A DNA stretch of 64,000 bases from a virus (taxonomy: Duplodnaviria; Caudoviricetes), in the IMG/VR virus record IMGVR_UViG_3300042445_001485. One strand, written 5' to 3'. Positions 58,207 through 64,000 of the stretch are shown here, one piece after another (position 1 is the stretch's first letter; every line of letters starts with the position of its first letter). The notes below the pieces were generated by a model. That model saw only the letters and a program-made list of their open reading frames with translations. It was not told the DNA's origin and made no database searches. Position numbers and translations under genes: made by a program.

Positions 58207-58581
58207 GTGGAAATAGATATTAAGGCATTATTAGCACAGTACCCGTATTTGACTTACATAGTTTATGGAGGAAACGACTATGTAGGCATTGTGCAAAATG
58301 CCGACGAACAAATCACCACCATTTATGACTACGGTATCCTGCGTACCACCGAACAAAAAGCATATTTCCTAGAGCTAGGCGAGCAGTGGTGGTGGGAAAG
58401 CAACAGAATAATCCCAATCAATGTGTTTCTAAAACAAGATTGGGCCATTTTCAAGTTCTGTGTTAGAACCATGAACAGCAAAGATGTGGAAATCAAGTAC
58501 GGCCCGCAGACCAGCCTGAAAGAAATGGCCATGAAGCGTAGCAAGCGTCGTTCAATTACCTTGGTGCGTAAAACCAGTTAA
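58207..58581 (+). CDS. Conserved phage hypothetical protein
   Basis: YPYLT..YGGNDYVGIVQN...WWWESNR.IPINVFL. Confidence 0.7.
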   Translation: MEIDIKALLAQYPYLTYIVYGGNDYVGIVQNADEQITTIYDYGILRTTEQKAYFLELGEQWWWESNRIIPINVFLKQDWAIFKFCVRTMNSKDVEIKYGPQTSLKEMAMKRSKRRSITLVRKTS

Positions 58582-59168
58582 CTGTATTGGTAGCTGATGC
58601 CTTCGACAATCAAGTTGATGTGTACCGCCACCAGGTGTGCGTAGGCCACAGCATGAGCCTTTTTAAACACATACCCGTCTTCTGTGGCCGTCCATATGGT
58701 TTCGGCCACTTTGTCCCAAGGCAGTCCAATTAGATTCCTTTTACCCGGGCGGATAATGGCCAGAAACATGGCCAGTCTGGGAATTGTGTTCACAGGCTCG
58801 GGCATTTTCATCAGTGTGTCGTAGTGATTGCCGATGTGTATCAGCAGACTACAAAAATCTCTGTCTTGTAACAAGTCCCATACAGGTTCTTGCGCCATCA
58901 ATGCTGTAAGATGTTGCTCGTTTCTAATCTGCGTGTACAACGACACATTCAAAAAGTCTAGTTTTGTGTATCCACGGTCTTCGGCCACTTTGTAATCAAT
59001 GCTGGCAATGCCTGTGAATGGATCTGTGGGAATGTCTGTTGCATACACACCAGTGTTGTGCCGGATCAAAGAACCATCACGCATGATGCCTGCAGGATGA
59101 TACCGTAACAGATTCAACGCCTGTGTGCGATCTGCGAAATCAATATCAATGTCTGACTTAAATTTCAT
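58578..59168 (-). CDS. Minimal DNA polymerase III alpha (DnaE, family C)-like catalytic protein
   Basis: SDIDIDF (PDIDxDF), HNTGVY (H.aGvv), KLDFL (K.D.LG), GYVFKKAHAVAY (YgFnKsHa.aY), all within 196 aa. Confidence 0.75.
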   Translation of the reverse strand: MKFKSDIDIDFADRTQALNLLRYHPAGIMRDGSLIRHNTGVYATDIPTDPFTGIASIDYKVAEDRGYTKLDFLNVSLYTQIRNEQHLTALMAQEPVWDLLQDRDFCSLLIHIGNHYDTLMKMPEPVNTIPRLAMFLAIIRPGKRNLIGLPWDKVAETIWTATEDGYVFKKAHAVAYAHLVAVHINLIVEGISYQYS

Positions 59169-59865
59169 TTAATTTGTTCTCTAATAGATACTCAGCAAAG
59201 TCTAGATGTGCCGGTTCTGCATGATGTCCATAAATTCCAAATTGGTCCGAATCGTAGGGAATATATCCTTTGATTATACTACAGTACTTAGAAAAACTAA
59301 AATCAAATATGTCCAGTACATTAGGGTCTGATTGCACTTGTTTGTAAAAACTACTGATAAATGGTGTAGTAAAGTCCGAAGATTTGAGAGACTGTGAGCC
59401 TTGCCAAATCAAATATTTTATATCATTGTTTTTAAAAAACGCAGTTAATAAAATTATATCTACAAACAAGTTGGTATTGGCCGCTTCATCATTGTGGGTT
59501 TCGATATGTGCTCGTTGTAGTCGTTTTGCCGATTCGGGAACAACTGATCCGGGTTGGAAACTTGTAAAGTGCCCGTCATTGTTGGTTGCAATATCTCCCC
59601 AATATTCAGATCTATTGATATCACCCAATCCAATAATTGCAGTAATATCTGTATTTTGTTTTTTCAGGGATAACAAATCTCTTATAGTGGTTCTAACAAT
59701 TCTACGGTTACAACTACCCCTTACCCCACTGTTGATCGCTTGGGTTGCATTTAGTGCAGATCCAATAAAGTCTACGTATGTTTTTCCGGTACTACATACA
59801 CCATAACTATCGCTATTGGCATATAAAATCATAGTCCTGCCTCTGCCAGTACTGCCTTGGTCCAC
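59158..59865 (-). CDS. SGNH-like hypothetical protein
   Basis: ANSDSY, GSCNRRI, GHH motifs; similar architecture to 35496-36221. Confidence 0.5.
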   Translation of the reverse strand: MDQGSTGRGRTMILYANSDSYGVCSTGKTYVDFIGSALNATQAINSGVRGSCNRRIVRTTIRDLLSLKKQNTDITAIIGLGDINRSEYWGDIATNNDGHFTSFQPGSVVPESAKRLQRAHIETHNDEAANTNLFVDIILLTAFFKNNDIKYLIWQGSQSLKSSDFTTPFISSFYKQVQSDPNVLDIFDFSFSKYCSIIKGYIPYDSDQFGIYGHHAEPAHLDFAEYLLENKLNEI

Positions 59866-60566
59866 TCAGTATCTGCCATATGGTCCACGAATTTGCGTTG
59901 CCAATAGTCCGGATCTATATAGGCAATGATCATTGCTACTTGGTCTTCCATGAGTTGATCAAGAAACGCCACGCCGCTGGCACAATTGAATACAATCCAA
60001 GGACTAATGCGACCGGTAACAATATGATGGCAAATACGATTACCATTACCATATCGAAAATAGTCATTAAATCCGTTTTTAAGCTCTGAGTGGTCATCGG
60101 CATAGTCTTGCATTTCCTTCAATGCCCGCTCTAAGGCATCTTGCACTGCTTCTCGTTTGAGATATTCTGGAAGCCACTCTGTATATAGTCGATCACTGCA
60201 CCAATTATCTAACTTCTTATTATTCTTCAACAGCCAATCGCAGAAATTAATAAAGTTTATACAGCGAATGCCAACACAATAGCGACCAAACTTTACAAAT
60301 GCATTGTAGTATGGACTGGTCGCAAAGTCATCGTATGTTTTCAACTTGGCACTGCCCTGTGCATATTCGTAAAATCGCAAGTATGCTCTAAGACCAAACT
60401 GTACACCAGTTTCCTTTTCCTGTTGCCATCTGCGTTTTTGCTCACACAGATGCACAGTTAATGTGCTTTCTTTGCGAAATTCTTTTTCGCAATAGCGACA
60501 TTTATAGATCTGATTTAATTCGCTTGTCATCCCATCCATGTGCTCGTGCCAACTGTTTGAGGTCAT
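59829..60566 (-). CDS. Zinc-finger protein in the replication cluster
   Basis: YKCRYCEKEF.....L..HLC finger. Confidence 0.6.
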   Translation of the reverse strand: MTSNSWHEHMDGMTSELNQIYKCRYCEKEFRKESTLTVHLCEQKRRWQQEKETGVQFGLRAYLRFYEYAQGSAKLKTYDDFATSPYYNAFVKFGRYCVGIRCINFINFCDWLLKNNKKLDNWCSDRLYTEWLPEYLKREAVQDALERALKEMQDYADDHSELKNGFNDYFRYGNGNRICHHIVTGRISPWIVFNCASGVAFLDQLMEDQVAMIIAYIDPDYWQRKFVDHMADTEWTKAVLAEAGL

Positions 60567-60966
60567 CTGTGGAATTCAATTCCACCATTAATTGTATTTC
60601 ATCCGACTTGGCTGTGGGGTATATTTCGCGCAGGAACCGGCTGGCTTTGTTTGTGTTTTCTTTTTTATTCCCGGCTAACCATTTGTGATATTGCTTGCCT
60701 ATGCCTGGACTAACTGTGGTGGCCAACAACCAGTGTAATTTTTTATGTTGTGTAGTACTGATGTCAAAGAAGTGTTTGTTTATTCGCTCATTGGCACTGA
60801 TCAAGTAGTAGGCCTGTAGATCTGCATCACCTTCTACTGTTGCACCCCACCGAATCATCAAGAAAGGACTAAACTTTTTCTTTTCATCTTCTGTTAAGTC
60901 GTCGTAAAAGTCGCGGTTCTTCCTATCGAACTGCAACATTTCGTTTGAGATGGCCAGTTTATCCAT
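60502..60966 (-). CDS. Clamp-loader small subunit-like protein (T4 gp62-like)
   Basis: FSPFLM.RW ... N..FF ... K.YHKWL; position among replication genes. Confidence 0.5.
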   Translation of the reverse strand: MDKLAISNEMLQFDRKNRDFYDDLTEDEKKKFSPFLMIRWGATVEGDADLQAYYLISANERINKHFFDISTTQHKKLHWLLATTVSPGIGKQYHKWLAGNKKENTNKASRFLREIYPTAKSDEIQLMVELNSTDDLKQLARAHGWDDKRIKSDL

Positions 60967-61228
60967 TGTCTTTGATCAAGTGATAGGTTGCAATCACACG
61001 ATCTACTTCTTCTTGTAGTGTAGCATTGGTTCGTGCCAGGCGCCTGATTTCGCCCCACATCTGGTCTTCCTGAATATGGTCACGCAGGGGTCTACCATCA
61101 GGAGTTCGGCTATCGTAGTCCCAACTTACCGGTGTACGAGTAGATGGATCTGCACCAGACTCTCTAGAATACACAATACCATCGGCTCGTTCGTATACGA
61201 GTGTCACACCTTCTTTAAGTCGTCCCAT
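60959..61228 (-). CDS. Hypothetical protein
   Basis: 89-aa ORF. Confidence 0.7.
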   Translation of the reverse strand: MGRLKEGVTLVYERADGIVYSRESGADPSTRTPVSWDYDSRTPDGRPLRDHIQEDQMWGEIRRLARTNATLQEEVDRVIATYHLIKDNG

Positions 61229-61237
61229 AACATCTCC

Positions 61238-61741
61238 TTACCAACATTTACTGTAGTTTACTACTTCACTTTGCCTTGATATGTCTTTGACAAAGTAAGC
61301 ACACAAGGGCTTGTCTGCATTTTCTTCTAGTGGTATGGCCAACATCTGTCCAGGCTTTAGTTTTGGAAAGTACCATTTGACATCCTGATAGATGTCTACA
61401 ATCTCAACTGGTTTAAATTCCGGCCTAAAACTACTCATTGGGTTAAAACAAAACACACTAAAGCCACGATCATTGATACTGGTCAGCGGAACAACTTCTA
61501 AATCGCCCAGGTCAGGCTCACCTATTAGTAATTGCCAATCCACCGGCATCTTAATAATGCTGTCGCCAATCTTTAACACCAGTGCAGGGCTATTGAAACT
61601 CTCTAAAAAGATCAGGGGAATGTAAAAGTAATCAGGTTCCTTGGGGTCGCTGTTGTCAAGTACACAAAATCTCAGATCCTCAACTTCGTCTGGGATTTCA
61701 TTCATTTCAAAACTGCGATTGTCTAAGGTCAATATTCTCAT
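61238..61741 (-). CDS. Hypothetical beta-rich protein
   Basis: 167-aa ORF; upstream TTGACT-18-TATAAT promoter. Confidence 0.7.
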   Translation of the reverse strand: MRILTLDNRSFEMNEIPDEVEDLRFCVLDNSDPKEPDYFYIPLIFLESFNSPALVLKIGDSIIKMPVDWQLLIGEPDLGDLEVVPLTSINDRGFSVFCFNPMSSFRPEFKPVEIVDIYQDVKWYFPKLKPGQMLAIPLEENADKPLCAYFVKDISRQSEVVNYSKCW

Positions 61742-61864
61742 AAGTTAAGTTCTTTGTTAAATGTATTATAATATAATGTATTAGTACTAGTCAACCATTT
61801 AGAGTGCAATGTCTGAATAGACAGGTTGCCGCTTGCGCCCGAGAAAAATACACAACAACCGACT

Positions 61865-63322
61865 CTACTGCCATTCTGCTTTCTCTGTAGAGAAGGGATA
61901 ACTGGCTTCTCGATAAAAAGCCTTGCGTTTGGTCAAATGTCTCTTGGCAAATTTACATGTACTGGTGATATCCCAGATCTGGACGAAGTCTTTGTCTTCG
62001 GCTTTCCTAATACCTCGCCCAATTGATTGTATAACCCTAACAAAGCTCTTTCCGGGCTCCACAAGAACCAAATTAAAAATCCTAGGGATATTAATACCCA
62101 CAGCGGCCACACCGTAAGTCGCCACAATAATCTTGTCATCGCTAATCGCAACATCATCGTACTCCTGTTTTCGATTCTTTGCTTTGGTTGATCCACTAAC
62201 AAATACTGCTCTATCACCCAGGCGCTCCGTCAACATCTGCCCGGTGGCAATACGGTCTACCAACACTAGAGTATTGCCTGTTTCGTTTACACCGGTAACC
62301 AACCGGCTCATGTAGTCTAGTCGACCTTCTGTTTCAGTCAAATACTTGAGCTCGTCTTGATATTCTCGGTACTCCACATGGTCTACCAACTGCACAATAT
62401 TAACATGACAGTTGGCAAGATGGCCGGCTTGTTGTAGTTCGCTGGCACTGAGCCGGCCCACAACAGGACCTAGACTGCAAAAGATACTGACCTTTTCAAA
62501 GTCCTCTTTGGGAATAGTTCCTGTTAGTCCCCAACGAATTGGCACATGTGCAAACACCCCAGTCAATAAAGTCTTTAGTGCATCTGCTTTAGCCATGTGT
62601 ACTTCGTCAACCATGATACAAACCACACCTTCAATAAACTCACCTATAGTAACTTCTGCTTCGTAATTCTTTGTATTCTTTAACAAGATGTTTAGACTCT
62701 GCCAAGTACAGATGGTATGTGTTTTGCCAAACTCCTTGCGGTCTCCAAAGTAAACCCCAACATCTAGTCCTAGGTTAATATAATCTTCTTCTGTTTGTGT
62801 AACTAGACTTTTGTTGGGTACAATAATGATACTGCGGCCATAGGCTTCGATGCTCCGACTCAGTGCGGCAGTCATAATGGTCTTACCTGCACCTGTGGCC
62901 ACTTCCTGTACGCATTGAGGATTCTCTAGGAACCTGTTTAAGATCTCAACCTGGTAGTCACGTAACATGATAGGTTCGCCTTCAGCAGTATGTCCTTTGG
63001 GCCAAGGTGTGTCAGCAAAAGTATCCTCGGCAACTGGGGCCAAATCAAACTTGGTTGAGTATGTGCGTAGGTCTTCAACTTCAATGTCATAGCCCTCGCT
63101 GTCAAGGAATGGGATGATCTCGGGCAACAAGTTAATGTAAGTACTGCCACCTAATTGTGCAAACGCAACTTTACCATCCCACCGGCCTAATCGCACACTT
63201 GGTTGATAACGGGCACCAGGAATTTCGTACTTGAATTTATCTACCAGTTTCTTCCTAGTACTTAATTCTAAGCCTTCAATTTTGACATTAACTTCATCAC
63301 GAATTATGAGTTTAGCCTGCAA
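61865..63322 (-). CDS. uvsW: SF2 DNA helicase (T4 UvsW-like)
   Basis: LRDYQ, ATGAGKT, DEVH, GLTGT, VGINIP, QSIGRGIR. Confidence 0.9.
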   Translation of the reverse strand: MQAKLIIRDEVNVKIEGLELSTRKKLVDKFKYEIPGARYQPSVRLGRWDGKVAFAQLGGSTYINLLPEIIPFLDSEGYDIEVEDLRTYSTKFDLAPVAEDTFADTPWPKGHTAEGEPIMLRDYQVEILNRFLENPQCVQEVATGAGKTIMTAALSRSIEAYGRSIIIVPNKSLVTQTEEDYINLGLDVGVYFGDRKEFGKTHTICTWQSLNILLKNTKNYEAEVTIGEFIEGVVCIMVDEVHMAKADALKTLLTGVFAHVPIRWGLTGTIPKEDFEKVSIFCSLGPVVGRLSASELQQAGHLANCHVNIVQLVDHVEYREYQDELKYLTETEGRLDYMSRLVTGVNETGNTLVLVDRIATGQMLTERLGDRAVFVSGSTKAKNRKQEYDDVAISDDKIIVATYGVAAVGINIPRIFNLVLVEPGKSFVRVIQSIGRGIRKAEDKDFVQIWDITSTCKFAKRHLTKRKAFYREASYPFSTEKAEWQ

Positions 63323-64000
63323 GTTTCTTTACCTCGTTAGTCTTTCTATTATACACTTCAGATGCACAATATACAATCTTTTCGGCTTGCTGTAGCATGA
63401 TCTCTTTCTGGCCGCCGTATATCATACCTGCTGTACTTATCAATAACGGAATTGTTGTATTAACCGGTTTAGTTATGTAGACCACTTTGGTCTTGCTATT
63501 GATTGCGTCTAAAACCGCGTTGTGTTTAACTTCAACAAGTTCTTCCTCAGCAAACATCAATTTAACTTTGTTTAATAGTTTATAACTTAAATCAGGTTCA
63601 TAGATATACACAGGTAACCGATCACAAGTAATAGCGTAGTCAATTATACTAGCAAAATTATCATCTGCTAACATTGTATTGGGATCTAGTTTGAGTTCTC
63701 TGTTGGTTAGTAAATGTGTAAACCTGTAACCATATTCCTGTGCCAATGCTGTTTCAAGATCAGGATGCAATGTATAACCCAATATACTGCTATAGTCTGC
63801 TAGTTGTAATAAATTATTGAATGTCAACTCACCTATGTATGTTGAAATATATTCAGTCAAGGACTCTGGCGCATTACATAACTGTAACTGATTGTCACTT
63901 ACACTCAATTCAATTTGGTATTGGGTTGTTTCTGCGGCTAATAACAATTCGACTAGGTCTTGCACACTTGACACAATTTCAAATTTGTTGATACTGGCAA
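63312..64000 (-). CDS. Hypothetical protein, 5'-partial
   Basis: Frame stays open to the window end. Confidence 0.65.
   Translation of the reverse strand, partial: ASINKFEIVSSVQDLVELLLAAETTQYQIELSVSDNQLQLCNAPESLTEYISTYIGELTFNNLLQLADYSSILGYTLHPDLETALAQEYGYRFTHLLTNRELKLDPNTMLADDNFASIIDYAITCDRLPVYIYEPDLSYKLLNKVKLMFAEEELVEVKHNAVLDAINSKTKVVYITKPVNTTIPLLISTAGMIYGGQKEIMLQQAEKIVYCASEVYNRKTNEVKKLAG

Noticed and set aside
1-64000. Stop-codon reassignment (genetic code 15 or 4), known in some jumbo phages
   Set aside because: nrdA, nrdB, helicases, primase and uvsE are full length in the standard code, and TAA, TAG and TGA all end genes
1-64000. tRNA genes or CRISPR arrays in intergenic gaps
   Set aside because: The gaps I read contain promoters, terminators and small ORFs, and I saw no cloverleaf or regularly spaced repeats. 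A tRNAscan run was not possible.

Overview
Segment of a large T4-like (jumbo) dsDNA phage genome in the standard genetic code, with almost all genes on the minus strand. The host is probably a proteobacterium, inferred from iscU/iscA, dctP, an autotransporter, clpS, hsp20 and rpsU. The window holds: (i) an accessory sugar/modification cluster (UvsE, radical SAM, amidinotransferase, 2OG-Fe oxygenase, nucleotide-sugar dehydrogenase, glycosyltransferase-like genes); (ii) host-derived envelope, proteostasis and translation genes (DD-carboxypeptidase, DctP, autotransporter, ClpS, Hsp20, bS21); (iii) SleB-type hydrolase, PAAR, glutaredoxin, nrdB/nrdA, an exonuclease, iscA/iscU and several free-standing homing-type endonucleases; (iv) a late/virion block with a ligase-like plus Pol-beta nucleotidyltransferase pair; (v) replication genes (helicase, primase, a very small DnaE-like core, clamp-loader subunit, UvsW) and tail-fibre/LamG genes. 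The strongest signal beyond the gene list is regulatory. Near-perfect sigma70 promoters and T4-type TAAATA late promoters repeatedly sit 4-7 nt upstream of an ATG with no Shine-Dalgarno, implying leaderless mRNAs (including rpsU itself). Several late promoters instead lead into tiny upstream ORFs embedded in hairpins, including a duplicated bulged-A hairpin resembling the MS2 operator. hsp20 carries a ROSE-type RNA thermometer. Protein family calls come from recognised motifs, not database searches.
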